Notes under the pieces: model-generated
Seen by the model: the letters and a program-made list of their open reading frames with translations, nothing else
The model's database searches: none
Told to the model about the DNA's origin: nothing
Virus record (IMG/VR): IMGVR_UViG_3300048670_001593
Coordinates: 1-64,000 of that record
Origin: a virus
Taxonomy: Duplodnaviria; Caudoviricetes
Length of the DNA stretch: 64,000 nt
Strand: one strand, 5' to 3'
Program-made: the position numbers and the translations under genes
Shown here: piece after piece, positions 26,716-36,910 of the stretch
Layout of the letters: every line of letters begins with the position of its first letter
How positions within the stretch are numbered: the first letter of the stretch is position 1

Positions 26716-26907
26716 GTGTCAAAGCTCAGTAAGTTTATCAAGGTTTCAGACAATTTCACCATCAATCGTTATGACAATGGCTTTATGTTGGAAGTTTACG
26801 GTTGTGACAGCAATGATGACTGGCACACTGCCAAGATTATCTGCACAACTGAAGCAGAATTGCTGGCACTAATCCAGCAAGTTAACTCAATCAATCTTGA
26901 TGCATAA
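26716..26907 (+). CDS. hypothetical protein
   Basis: RBS AAGGAG, GTG start, fills the operon gap. Confidence 0.6.
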   Translation: MSKLSKFIKVSDNFTINRYDNGFMLEVYGCDSNDDWHTAKIICTTEAELLALIQQVNSINLDA

Positions 26908-26919
26908 GGAGTTCTAAAA

Positions 26920-27141
26920 ATGTCTAATCCCGTGTGGCTCAACAAGTACCTGACCATGAAGCCCGAAGTTCGTCAAATTTTTAACGATCTGGAAGCCTGG
27001 CTCAACTATTGCCGTTTTAATCTCATCAAGTATGATCCGGCTGATCTATACAAGAGCCCAGAATATCGTGCCTGGCAAGAGAAACGCCAGCGCAAGCAAC
27101 AACAGCGACAAAATCGTGAGTATCGCCCCCGCACCAACTAA
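26920..27141 (+). CDS. hypothetical protein with Q/R-rich tail
   Basis: RBS AAGGAG. Confidence 0.65.
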   Translation: MSNPVWLNKYLTMKPEVRQIFNDLEAWLNYCRFNLIKYDPADLYKSPEYRAWQEKRQRKQQQRQNREYRPRTN

Positions 27142-27155
27142 CCATAGGAAAAATC

Positions 27156-27917
27156 ATGGATAGAATTGTCATCGTTACCGGAGGATTTGATCCTGTACAT
27201 TCCGGTCACATTTCTTATCTGAGTCATGCCAAACAACTGGGTGATTATCTGGTGGTGGGTCTGAATTCCGACGACTGGTTGACTCGCAAAAAAGGTCGCC
27301 CGTTCATGCCCTGGGATGAGCGCATGGTTGTTCTGGGAAACCTGCACATGGTGGACGAAGTCATTGATTTTGACGACACTGACGGCACTGCTTGTGATGC
27401 TATTCGTCGAGTTCAAGCCAGGTATCCTGACAGCCATGTGATTTTTGCCAATGGTGGTGACCGTACTTCTAAAAATATTCCAGAAATGGTATTTGATGAT
27501 GTGGAATTTGTATTTGGTGTTGGTGGTACAAACAAGGCAAATTCAAGTTCCTGGATTTTAGAAGAATGGAAAGCCCCCCGGACACCCAGGCCCTGGGGCT
27601 ACTATCGTGTGCTGCATGAAGATGGCAACCAGGTCAAACTCAAAGAACTCACTGTGGAACCAGGTCAGCGACTGAGTATGCAACGCCACCAGGATCGTGC
27701 CGAGCACTGGTTTGTGTCACAGGGCACAGCAACAGTGTATACTGTGAATCCACGCACCACAGACGTGGAACTCACTGGTGTATATCAGCAGTTTGATCAT
27801 GTTCACATCCCACGCACTGAGTGGCATCAGTTGTGCAATGAGCAAGATGCACCGCTTAAAATTATTGAAATTCAATATGGCGAGCGGTGTGTGGAAGAGG
27901 ACATTGAACGCGTATGA
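27156..27917 (+). CDS. HIGH-family cytidylyltransferase (RfaE/TagD-like) fused to a cupin (mannose-6-P isomerase type II C-terminal-like)
   Basis: 'GGFDPVHSGH', 'GLNSD', 'NGGDR'; 'RPWG.Y ... LSMQRH..RAEHW'. Confidence 0.85.
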   Translation: MDRIVIVTGGFDPVHSGHISYLSHAKQLGDYLVVGLNSDDWLTRKKGRPFMPWDERMVVLGNLHMVDEVIDFDDTDGTACDAIRRVQARYPDSHVIFANGGDRTSKNIPEMVFDDVEFVFGVGGTNKANSSSWILEEWKAPRTPRPWGYYRVLHEDGNQVKLKELTVEPGQRLSMQRHQDRAEHWFVSQGTATVYTVNPRTTDVELTGVYQQFDHVHIPRTEWHQLCNEQDAPLKIIEIQYGERCVEEDIERV

Positions 27918-28987
27918 AGACCATCTGGATTGTTCCCATCGAGCCCATTGATCAGCGATATACTGCACAGTGGTACACCAACATTCCTGAGATCTTGAAA
28001 TCTCGTATTGATGCACTTGGGCTAGACGCCCACGAAATCAGAATCGTAGACGGAGTTCAACCCCAGTCTGGCACCACCACAGGTGCCTTTTTGGATTTTG
28101 CGGTTACTAACATCTACAAGGCCAGCCAGGCTCAGCGTATTTCAGAAGCATTTAGTTCAGGAGCGGTCAAGTCTGGAGATGTGTTCCTGGTCACAGATGC
28201 CTGGAATTTTGTCATCACCCCCATCAAATACATGAGCGACTTGCTGAATATTCCAGTGGAAATTCATGGTATCTGGCATGCCGGGGCATATGATCCCACA
28301 GACATTCTGGGGTATCAGATGCAGAAGCCCTGGCCCTGGCATGCTGAGCAAAGTTGGTTTCATGCCTGTGATTACAATTACTACGCCACTGAGTTCCATC
28401 GTTCAATGTTCTTGACGAATCTCAACATTGATTCCAAAGTTTACGGGCACAAGGCTATTCGCAGCGGACAGCCACATGACCCCTTGATTGCTGAAATTTC
28501 AGTGAACTTTGACAATGCTGAGCGCAACGGTGCAGTCATGTGGCCACATCGTTATAACAGCGACAAGCAACCAGACATTGCTGAAGATCTGGCTCAGCTG
28601 ATGCCGGTGACCATTACTCAGAAAATGTCACTGAACAAGAGTCAGTATTATCAGACCATGGCCCAGCACAGTGTAATTTTTAGTTGCGCTCTACATGAAA
28701 ACCTGGGAATCAGTGTCATGGAAGCGGTGCTCAGTGGGGTCATCCCAGTGTTGCCCGACAGATGTAGTTATGCTGAAATGTATTTGCCAGACTTCCTGTA
28801 TCCCAGTGAATGGACTGCGAACTGGGAGAAATATCAGCAGCATCGAACTGAATTGGTGGCGTTTATTCAGGAACGAATTCAGAATCGAGAACAGTATCTG
28901 CCAGCACTGCGTGAACAACGAGAAATTCTAGTCAGAGACTATCTCAATGCCACAGTTATGATTGATAAAATTCTAAAAAATCAATGA
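27914..28987 (+). CDS. GT-B fold (GT4-like) glycosyltransferase
   Basis: 'HENLGISVMEAVLSGVIPV' (Ex7E) motif; 'WPHR...DKQ'. Confidence 0.75.
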   Translation: MKTIWIVPIEPIDQRYTAQWYTNIPEILKSRIDALGLDAHEIRIVDGVQPQSGTTTGAFLDFAVTNIYKASQAQRISEAFSSGAVKSGDVFLVTDAWNFVITPIKYMSDLLNIPVEIHGIWHAGAYDPTDILGYQMQKPWPWHAEQSWFHACDYNYYATEFHRSMFLTNLNIDSKVYGHKAIRSGQPHDPLIAEISVNFDNAERNGAVMWPHRYNSDKQPDIAEDLAQLMPVTITQKMSLNKSQYYQTMAQHSVIFSCALHENLGISVMEAVLSGVIPVLPDRCSYAEMYLPDFLYPSEWTANWEKYQQHRTELVAFIQERIQNREQYLPALREQREILVRDYLNATVMIDKILKNQ

Positions 28988-29835
28988 GTTATTTTAATTT
29001 ATTAGATCAAATACATAACAATCTTTCATCTCCGAAAAGATCATGGTATTATGAATCGTTAACCAACAAAGACACTCTGTTGATCACAGCGGGAGATAGC
29101 TGGACCTGGGGTGATAGTCTTCTTGACATTGATGTCGAAGCTGGTAAGTATGACCATCCCGACAGAGTCAACAAAATATATGGTGCATTGCTGGCAAAAA
29201 AACTAGATGCTGATTTTATTAATCTTGCCAAATGCGGTGGTGCGAATATAGAGTTCTGTGATTGGGTAAAAACTCTTTTACCAATAGTCAAGACAAAATA
29301 TAAAAAAATTATTGTAGCAATTAGTCTGACTGAGAACTGCCGAGAATCATATGGGGATAGAATCTGGGTCCCTGAAGAACAACCCAGTCTTGAAGAATAT
29401 TTGTGTGAATACGAAAAAAATATGTTTGAAAATCTTGCTCTGACCTGCAAGCAACATAGTTCAGTTCACTTTGTAATTTCTAGAAACTTTACCTACAGCT
29501 TTGATAGTAATATTTTGCTACTTAAAAATTACTTAACTGAAAAGATTTGGGTTGATTGTTTAGCTGAATATCAAAACAATCAAAATTATCCCACAGATGT
29601 CAGGTTCCTTTCTGACATTGCACTAGTACCATTGCACAAACTACTCAAAGAAATTAAACTTTATAACAAGTATAAATTTCAATTTATGAGTTTATATGCC
29701 AGCAGTGAATTGGCAATCTCATGGTTAGAAAAAAGCAAGTTAAATTACAAAAAAGCCACAAAACATCCAAACGAACTCGGGCATGAGATTTGGGCAGATT
29801 ATCTGTACAATATAATTGTTGCCCGTTTACATTGA
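28984..29835 (+). CDS. SGNH/GDSL-like hydrolase
   Basis: GDSWTWG ... G.N ... HPNELGH; AT-rich. Confidence 0.65.
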   Translation: MSYFNLLDQIHNNLSSPKRSWYYESLTNKDTLLITAGDSWTWGDSLLDIDVEAGKYDHPDRVNKIYGALLAKKLDADFINLAKCGGANIEFCDWVKTLLPIVKTKYKKIIVAISLTENCRESYGDRIWVPEEQPSLEEYLCEYEKNMFENLALTCKQHSSVHFVISRNFTYSFDSNILLLKNYLTEKIWVDCLAEYQNNQNYPTDVRFLSDIALVPLHKLLKEIKLYNKYKFQFMSLYASSELAISWLEKSKLNYKKATKHPNELGHEIWADYLYNIIVARLH

Positions 29836-29860
29836 CTTAATATTATGATACTTTTATAAT
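29832..29860 (+). promoter_or_regulatory. sigma70 promoter
   Basis: TTGACT-17-TATAAT. Confidence 0.7.
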
Positions 29861-29937
29861 AAACTTAAAGAAAACAGCCACAAGATTAAAAATGAAGAAA
29901 CCCCAGCTGACCAATCCACCACCCAACAAATAAGGCA

Positions 29938-30525
29938 ATGAGTAATCCCTTCGATACAATTTCAGAATTTGAGCAGGCACTGGCAGAGTATACTGGTGCC
30001 CCGTATGCCATCGCAACTGATTGTTGCACTCATGCACTGGAACTGTGTCTGCGCTATCAGAAGCCTGAATTTGTGCATTTTACTGCGTTCACCTATCTGA
30101 GTGTGCCCATGACCATGCACAAACTGGGCATTGGGTTCAGTTATCTGGATGAAACCTGGCTGGGGGAATATCAGATACACGGCACCACCGTCTGGGATAG
30201 TGCCAGACGACTGGAATCCGGCATGTATCGACCTGGTCAGATGCAATGTCTGAGTTTTGGTCGTGACAAGCCCCTGGAAATTGGTCGTGGTGGTGCCATA
30301 TTATTAGACGACCCCCTGGCTTATGAAATCATGCGCAGGCAGAGATACGATGGCAGAATGCTGGAAATCACCCCCTGGGAAAATCAGAGAATATTCCATG
30401 TTGGTTATCATTATCGAATGAACCCCGAAGAAGCACGGATAGGTCTGGAAAAACTCCAGTCATTTGAACCCAACACCAGAATTAAAAAATATCCAGATCT
30501 GCGAAAAATTATTATTAGCAGTTAA
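29938..30525 (+). CDS. short DegT/DnrJ/EryC1/StrS-like PLP aminotransferase
   Basis: 'FEQALAEY.GAPYAIATDCCT.AL', 'DSAR', 'SFGRDKPL..G.GG', 'GYHYRM'; only 195 aa. Confidence 0.7.
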   Translation: MSNPFDTISEFEQALAEYTGAPYAIATDCCTHALELCLRYQKPEFVHFTAFTYLSVPMTMHKLGIGFSYLDETWLGEYQIHGTTVWDSARRLESGMYRPGQMQCLSFGRDKPLEIGRGGAILLDDPLAYEIMRRQRYDGRMLEITPWENQRIFHVGYHYRMNPEEARIGLEKLQSFEPNTRIKKYPDLRKIIISS

Positions 30526-30827
30526 TGAAAAAGCTAAATATGTTGAGTATTCCGACTGTAGGAAAATTCAGATTGTCAATTAAAACGTTAGTCGGAAGAA
30601 TTTTTCGCTTGAAAAAATGCACAATTTGGTAAGTGTCTCTAATGTGATTCCCATAACATTTTTGTAACCACTGTCAAAGCATATAGATTTTGATGGAGCA
30701 TTTTTAGATTTTAACTATATTTTGGAAAACACACCTTAGAGCAACTAATTATTAGATTAGTGCTGCACAGCAAGAGTAAGTAGATAAAAGAGATAACAGA
30801 TAAAGTTAAAAAAAATCTAAAATAAAA

Positions 30828-31736
30828 ATGCCAACTAATAATATAAAACCTCCTCTTGTATTTGGTGGTGCTGGTGCCATAATCGATCCCGAAATAAAAC
30901 AACAAATACATGATATCATTTGTAGTGCACCAAGTCAGGATTGGTTGGACGATTTGTCAATACATAAAATTTTTCTTGATCAGTATACCAAATGGATACT
31001 AGGTACTAGAAAAAATGTTATTCGAGGATTGGATCAGTATACGGTTAAAGCCTTTAGTCAAGGCACCACTGAATCCTTTGACAAATTTTATCTCAAACAT
31101 CATCGTCGCAGATTTAGATGTTTTCGAGGTGAATACATGTATCATACAGCCACTTGGAAAAATATTTTTTCAATGCAATGGAAACACATCGAAGACGACC
31201 CCATAGACAAAAATGATGCGGTTGTTATTAGTTTACCATTCAGCGATACCGGAGATTGCCACAATGATATGAAGCGTGTGCTTGAGCAGTGCTGTGAGCT
31301 TGATGTCCCCGTACTAATTGATTGTGCGTTTTTTGGAATATGTCAGAACCTAGAATTTGACTTTACTTGGCCTTGTATTACAGATATCACATTTAGTTTG
31401 AGTAAAACCTTGCCAGTTGCCCATGCCAGAATTGGCATGAGAGTGAGCCGGGTTGATGACGATGACAGTTTATTGGTTCATCAAAAAATTGGCTATATCA
31501 ATAGATTGGCGTGTGGGCTAGGTATAGAACTATTGAATCGATGGGGTCCGGACTACAACTGTGAAAAATGGACAAATGTACAACATCAGTTTTGTAAACG
31601 GTTAAATATAATGCCCAGCAAGAGTGTGGTATTTGGATTGGGTGGAGATGACTTCAGTAAATACAATCGAGGCGGTGCTACCAATCGCCTGTGTTTTTCA
31701 AAGTATCTATATTCCGGAACCCTGCCCCATGATTGA
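30828..31736 (+). CDS. PLP-dependent fold-type I enzyme
   Basis: 'VLIDCAF', 'FSLSKTL....RIG'. Confidence 0.65.
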   Translation: MPTNNIKPPLVFGGAGAIIDPEIKQQIHDIICSAPSQDWLDDLSIHKIFLDQYTKWILGTRKNVIRGLDQYTVKAFSQGTTESFDKFYLKHHRRRFRCFRGEYMYHTATWKNIFSMQWKHIEDDPIDKNDAVVISLPFSDTGDCHNDMKRVLEQCCELDVPVLIDCAFFGICQNLEFDFTWPCITDITFSLSKTLPVAHARIGMRVSRVDDDDSLLVHQKIGYINRLACGLGIELLNRWGPDYNCEKWTNVQHQFCKRLNIMPSKSVVFGLGGDDFSKYNRGGATNRLCFSKYLYSGTLPHD

Positions 31737-32457
31737 CATTGATTTAATAACTAGTAAGTACGATCCAAAAAACTATGCCATAGATTACAGTCACGGCACA
31801 CCTGTGCCTTGGTTGACGTTTGATGACTTCTTGCCTCAAGAACTACTACAAAGTGTACAAGAAGAAATAGAAACTGTGCCAGAACACCTTTGGAGTAAGT
31901 TTACTCGCAATGGTAGTTTCATGCGTGAATGCAATAATCTTAAATTTTCTCCACGCATAAGAGAATTGGTATTAAATCTCAACAGCAGTGAGTTTCTAAA
32001 TTGGCTGGAAAATATCACAGGACTTAAAAAAATCATAGCTGATCCACATTTGATTGGTGCTGGACTTATGCGTTGTGGATCAGGCGACAGTCTCAAGCTA
32101 CACACAGACTTTAATTGGAACGAACAATTGGGCCTCAATCGATGTCTTAGCCTGATTCTTTATATTGGAAAAACATGGCAATCTGAATGGGGCGGTGGAT
32201 TGGAATTTTGGGACTTCGAAAGAAAAAATCGATTACATACTATTGAACCCAAGCCCAATCGGCTGTTGGTCTGGAACTATCATGAACACCTGGTTCACGG
32301 TCATCCTACTCCATTGTCTTGTCCTAATAATGTTAGTCGAGACGGTATTAGACTGTTTTATTTTACTAGTAATGCCACTCCACTATCTCCGCCACATCGT
32401 AGTTTGTATTGGTTTGATAATGAAGTGGGTGCGTATGATCGAAAGGAAAATCAATGA
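31729..32457 (+). CDS. 2OG-Fe(II) oxygenase
   Basis: HTD ... 'WGGGLEF' ... HG ... R; the ATG at 31729 overlaps the upstream stop. Confidence 0.85.
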   Translation: MIDIDLITSKYDPKNYAIDYSHGTPVPWLTFDDFLPQELLQSVQEEIETVPEHLWSKFTRNGSFMRECNNLKFSPRIRELVLNLNSSEFLNWLENITGLKKIIADPHLIGAGLMRCGSGDSLKLHTDFNWNEQLGLNRCLSLILYIGKTWQSEWGGGLEFWDFERKNRLHTIEPKPNRLLVWNYHEHLVHGHPTPLSCPNNVSRDGIRLFYFTSNATPLSPPHRSLYWFDNEVGAYDRKENQ

Positions 32458-33122
32458 AGCTTTGGGTATTTGGGCACAGTTTGTGCTTGCCATTTGGGTT
32501 AGATAATAATGCACAAGGGTGGGGCGATTTGCTTGCTCAAGATCTTGGTGCTGAATTAAACAATCTTGCACGACCCGGTGTAGATAATTTTTACATCTAT
32601 TATAGCTATCAACAGGTTCTTAAAGATATTGACAAGGAAGACTATGTAGTAATCGGGTGGAGTCATTATAGCCGTAAATTGTTTGTGGTTGATAATGATA
32701 ATCCTGACCACATGAATGTTGTTGAAAAAAGTTTAACTTATGATACTCCACACGCTCAATTTATGCGTAACGGCAATGCAGTAACTGGCGACTCAACAAA
32801 ATGGTTAACTATGCGCCCACAGAATCGCGGAGTACCGTTTTATGATATATGGTATCAAAATTATTATAGTGAACTTGAGCAAAAGGTTAATTTTCAAAGC
32901 TATTTGGATAGTGTCAAACTTACATGTCCAGGGCAATACTTGCCATTTTATTTTAGCAACGAAACAGTGTCAGGCGTAGATATTGATACAAGGCATGCTG
33001 GATGTGTAACAGAATTTATTATTGAAAATAACTTATCAATATCTAAAAAAGATTTTCATTTCAGTCATGACGGTCATAGAATCTGGGCAAATTATCTAAA
33101 AAATTATTTGACATTATCCTAA
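32454..33122 (+). CDS. SGNH/GDSL-like hydrolase
   Basis: FGHS ... PG.DN ... DFHFSHDGH. Confidence 0.55.
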   Translation: MKLWVFGHSLCLPFGLDNNAQGWGDLLAQDLGAELNNLARPGVDNFYIYYSYQQVLKDIDKEDYVVIGWSHYSRKLFVVDNDNPDHMNVVEKSLTYDTPHAQFMRNGNAVTGDSTKWLTMRPQNRGVPFYDIWYQNYYSELEQKVNFQSYLDSVKLTCPGQYLPFYFSNETVSGVDIDTRHAGCVTEFIIENNLSISKKDFHFSHDGHRIWANYLKNYLTLS

Positions 33123-33136
33123 ATAATTGTTATACT
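33108..33136 (+). promoter_or_regulatory. sigma70 promoter with internal TAAATA
   Basis: TTGACA-17-TATACT. Confidence 0.7.
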
Positions 33137-33183
33137 AGTAGCAAGACTGGTTATCCACGACCGTAATAACTCGGAGAAATTGA

Positions 33184-33996
33184 ATGCCTAACTATGCTTC
33201 ACCTGAAGAACAAAAAATAGAAAATCTTAGATCAAACAAACTGGTACAAGAAGCACCCTATCATCCCGGCTACGAAGATGCAGTGGTTGGCGACAAAGGC
33301 TATGAAGAGGCCAATCTGGCAGATGCTATTCGCTTCCGAATGCAACGTGACCGGAAACGTTTTTGGGCTGGCGACAACATCAGCGACTATTTGCATGACG
33401 GTGATAAAGAAATCTTAATCAACGAAGCTACAGAAGCATTTGAACGAGTATTAGACACTTTGCTGATCGATCGTGAAACAGATCCTAACTCAAGGGGCAC
33501 AGCACGTCGTCTCGCTAAAATGTATTTTAATGAAATTATGGGAGGTCGATATGATCCTGCTCCATGCGCCACGGCCTTCCCCAACGACAGTCAGGAACGC
33601 TACGAGGGCATGCTGGTGGTGCGCAGTGAACTGCGTAGTATGTGCAGTCACCATCATCAGCCAGTCAGCGGTGTGGCCTACATTGGTATCATTGCCGCAC
33701 AAAAGTTGATTGGTCTCAGCAAGTACACGCGGATTGCCCAGTGGTGCGCCCGTCGTGGCACTCTGCAGGAAGAACTCTGCAATGATATTGCCCGAGAGAT
33801 CCAGAAAGCCACTGGCAGCGAAAACGTTGCTGTTTACATACAGGCCACACATGGCTGCTGTGAAAACAGGGGGATAATGGCACACAGCAGTCTGACACAG
33901 ACCACAGTGCTCAAAGGCTCATTTTACAGTGATCCCGGCACCAAGAAAGAATTTTTTGATAACATCAAGTTGCAACAAGAGTTTGCTCCCAGGTAA
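33184..33996 (+). CDS. folE: GTP cyclohydrolase I
   Basis: 'SMCSHH', 'GLSKYTR', 'LQEEL', 'HGCCENRG'. Confidence 0.95.
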   Translation: MPNYASPEEQKIENLRSNKLVQEAPYHPGYEDAVVGDKGYEEANLADAIRFRMQRDRKRFWAGDNISDYLHDGDKEILINEATEAFERVLDTLLIDRETDPNSRGTARRLAKMYFNEIMGGRYDPAPCATAFPNDSQERYEGMLVVRSELRSMCSHHHQPVSGVAYIGIIAAQKLIGLSKYTRIAQWCARRGTLQEELCNDIAREIQKATGSENVAVYIQATHGCCENRGIMAHSSLTQTTVLKGSFYSDPGTKKEFFDNIKLQQEFAPR

Positions 33997-33999
33997 GCC

Positions 34000-34028
34000 T
34001 TGACAACCGGCGTAAATAGTGTTACTAT
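34000..34028 (+). promoter_or_regulatory. sigma70 promoter
   Basis: TTGACA-17-TACTAT. Confidence 0.65.
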
Positions 34029-34058
34029 TTGACTGTCGTTAACAACTCTGGAGCAAAT

Positions 34059-36086
34059 ATGAAGTTCACTAAAATTGTAGCTGCACTGATGGCAGCTGGT
34101 GTCGTTGCCAGTGCTGCGCAGGCCGAAACGCTAAATTTAACTCCCTATAACACTGCAGAATACACTGCCAACACCATCAGTGTGGGCAAGGCCGACGATG
34201 ACTTTCTCCGAGCCATTAACGCCAACGCAGCCTGGGCCCGTGGATATACTGGTCGGGGAGTGCTGGCTCTGGTCATGGACACTGGCATCAATGCCAACCA
34301 CAGTGAGTTTATTGGCCGTATTGCCTACAATCGAGACTTCATCAATAGCAAGAACGGTACCAGGGACGTCTCAGGCCATGGTACCAATATTGCTGGACTG
34401 ATTGCAGCCAACTGGGACGGCGTGGGCATGGCTGGTGTGGCACCCGATGCCAAATTGGCCATTGCCAAAATCTCAGACGGAGTTGGCGTTAACATGACCC
34501 AAGCACGATATGCCATGCAGTGGGCAGACGGACTTGGTGCAGTGGTGGGCAACCTCAGCACCAACATGGCCTATGAGACGTCCTTCCTGAAGAATTTTGT
34601 CAAATTGTCGGACGGTCGATACTATAACACTGATTCCCGTTACCTGGGTCGTTACTATGGCGGCGAAGATCCTGGCATGTGGGCCAAGTATCTGGGCAAG
34701 GACATGATTCTTGTGAATTCTGCTGGCAATAGCAACTTACCATATCCGCAACTGCCTGGCACTTTGGCCAAGGCAGTGGATGCCAAGGGCAACCTGGTGC
34801 TGGGTGGTCGAATGATTATTGTGGGTGCCTGGAATCTGCAAACCAATGCTGTGTCTGGTTACAGCAACCGTGCTGGTGACATCTGCATGACTGTGCAGAA
34901 TGGCGCATGTCAGGACAAATATCGAATCAGCGATTTTTATATCCTGGCCCCGGGCAATGACTTTGGTCCTGACAAGGCCACCAATGGCTATAAGTTGTTC
35001 ACCGGTACCAGTCAGGCCGCAGGTGTGGTCACTGGCGCAGTGGCGGTCATCAGTCAGATGTGGCCCAACATGCGGGGCGAAAACATTGTTAAACTGCTGA
35101 TGGTCACGGCCAATAAGGATCTACCCAACTATAATGTCAATGTCATGGGCCAGGGCCTGTTGGATCTGGAAAAAGCCACTCGACCCTATGGTGTGGTGGG
35201 AATCCCCACCACTGGGCGTACCAAATCTGCGGTTAGTGGTGTTGTCACCAGTGCAGGCTTGAGTTCCATTAACAGTAAACTCAGCAGCGTCATGGTCACT
35301 GACAGTTTTGATCGTGACTTCTATGTGGATCTGAGCCGGACCACACAGAAACCACTGGACACCTTCAACCCAGTGGCTCGCCTGGACTTTTACCAGGACT
35401 ACAATCCCTTCAATCGTCTGAATGCATTTACTTTTAGTCGTCAGGCTGTTGCTGGCAATACCACTGTCAAGTTGAGTGCCAACGATCAGTTGGGTACTGC
35501 CATGCTGAGCATGAACAACACCTGGGTATCCCAAGCTGGATATGCTCTGGGGTTTACTGGTGGCATGCTGAACGAGCGGGGTGCCTGGGCAGGCAACAAC
35601 ATTGGCGGCAGTTTGGGCAATGTGGACAACAGTTACACAACATTTATTGGCGCCAATGCCAGTTACGGTCTAAATAATACCGACAGCGTGTTTGGTCATG
35701 TGTATGTGGCTGCAACTCAGGCAGCACTCAATCGTGGGCTGGTGAGTGACATCAGCACCACCTACAGTTACAGTTGGAGTTTGGGGTTGGATCACACCCA
35801 AGATCAGCACAGTGTGGGCGCAGTTGTAAGTCAACCAGTAACTGTGGTCAACGGCAGCATGGAACTGGCAATTCCCAAAGGTTATGATGCCAACGGCAAC
35901 ATCCGCTGGGACCGCAGCACAGTCAGTGCAGTCAGTGGCACACAAGAGTATGACCTGGGTGTATACTATAAGTTCAAGTCTGATGATGTTCGCGTGACCA
36001 TGTATGCAGAACATCAGATCAACTACTTGAATCAGGCCGGTGCCAACCGGAATGTCCTGGGGCTGGGCGTTTCGATGCAGTTTTAA
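34059..36086 (+). CDS. secreted S8 (subtilisin-like) serine peptidase with probable C-terminal outer-membrane beta-barrel
   Basis: Signal peptide ending AQA; DTG, HGT, SAGN and GTSQAA catalytic motifs; C-terminal ~300 aa of amphipathic strands ending in Phe (LGVSMQF). Confidence 0.8.
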   Translation: MKFTKIVAALMAAGVVASAAQAETLNLTPYNTAEYTANTISVGKADDDFLRAINANAAWARGYTGRGVLALVMDTGINANHSEFIGRIAYNRDFINSKNGTRDVSGHGTNIAGLIAANWDGVGMAGVAPDAKLAIAKISDGVGVNMTQARYAMQWADGLGAVVGNLSTNMAYETSFLKNFVKLSDGRYYNTDSRYLGRYYGGEDPGMWAKYLGKDMILVNSAGNSNLPYPQLPGTLAKAVDAKGNLVLGGRMIIVGAWNLQTNAVSGYSNRAGDICMTVQNGACQDKYRISDFYILAPGNDFGPDKATNGYKLFTGTSQAAGVVTGAVAVISQMWPNMRGENIVKLLMVTANKDLPNYNVNVMGQGLLDLEKATRPYGVVGIPTTGRTKSAVSGVVTSAGLSSINSKLSSVMVTDSFDRDFYVDLSRTTQKPLDTFNPVARLDFYQDYNPFNRLNAFTFSRQAVAGNTTVKLSANDQLGTAMLSMNNTWVSQAGYALGFTGGMLNERGAWAGNNIGGSLGNVDNSYTTFIGANASYGLNNTDSVFGHVYVAATQAALNRGLVSDISTTYSYSWSLGLDHTQDQHSVGAVVSQPVTVVNGSMELAIPKGYDANGNIRWDRSTVSAVSGTQEYDLGVYYKFKSDDVRVTMYAEHQINYLNQAGANRNVLGLGVSMQF

Positions 36087-36108
36087 AATCCTGACTTGGG
36101 AGAAGTCA

Positions 36109-36642
36109 ATGAACAAAGAATATTACAATTTTGATGACGTAAAAAAGCTGACCCAGGAAATTCTACGGCAGATCTCACTGGACGACTGGCGGCCAGATTA
36201 TATCGTGGGCATTACCCGAGGCGGAGCCGTGCCTGCAGTGTTGCTGAGTCAGTATCTGAAAGTTCCCATGAACGCACTCAAGGTTAGTTTGCGGGATCAT
36301 GCAGCTACAGAAAGCAACTGTTGGATGGCTGAAGATGCATTTGGATATGAATATAACGATGCGCCGGCATCAGGTAATAGCAAAAAGAATATACTGATTG
36401 TGGATGATATCAACGACAGTGGTGCAACGTTCAATTGGATCGTTGCAGACTGGCAAGCCAATTGTTTGCCCGATGATCCGCAATGGTCAGATGTCTGGAA
36501 CAACAATGTGCGATTTGCAGTATTGGTGGACAACCTCAGCAGCAATTTCCAGGGCGTAGTTCGTTATGCTGGTGCAGAAATCAACAAGGCCGAGGCAGAT
36601 GTCTGGATCAATTTTCCCTGGGAAGATTGGTGGCGCACCTAA
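36109..36642 (+). CDS. type I phosphoribosyltransferase (Gpt-like)
   Basis: 'VGITRGG', PRPP loop 'LIVDDINDSGAT', 'FPWE'. Confidence 0.9.
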   Translation: MNKEYYNFDDVKKLTQEILRQISLDDWRPDYIVGITRGGAVPAVLLSQYLKVPMNALKVSLRDHAATESNCWMAEDAFGYEYNDAPASGNSKKNILIVDDINDSGATFNWIVADWQANCLPDDPQWSDVWNNNVRFAVLVDNLSSNFQGVVRYAGAEINKAEADVWINFPWEDWWRT

Positions 36643-36884
36643 TGGAATATCATATCAAAACTGACTTCAACTGGTGGCTAAAATGGTTGGCCTGTTGCGT
36701 GACATTGATTGCCGCAGGGTTGACCAGTGCTGGGTTAGACCCGTATAATGTTTATTTGCTAAACTTAGGCGCTACACTATATCTGATATGGAGTATTCGC
36801 ATAAAAGAATGGAGCCTGGTGGTCATTAACGCTGGGCTAATCGCCATTTATTGTGCAGGCACATTGTACAGAATCTTGAACTAA
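36642..36884 (+). CDS. small membrane protein (three TM segments, half-PnuC-like)
   Basis: TAATG coupling with the PRTase; hydrophobic segments. Confidence 0.6.
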   Translation: MEYHIKTDFNWWLKWLACCVTLIAAGLTSAGLDPYNVYLLNLGATLYLIWSIRIKEWSLVVINAGLIAIYCAGTLYRILN

Positions 36885-36910
36885 ATCTGAGGCGAAGCGA
36901 TCGTAATCAA

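Noticed and set aside
30526-30827. Possible gene in the AT-rich gap after the short DegT
   Set aside because: Only short frames without RBS on either strand; it may be a decayed remnant, but this cannot be supported.
33137-33183. preQ1 or SAM riboswitches ahead of folE, queE or metK
   Set aside because: The leaders are short and lack the recognisable consensus elements.
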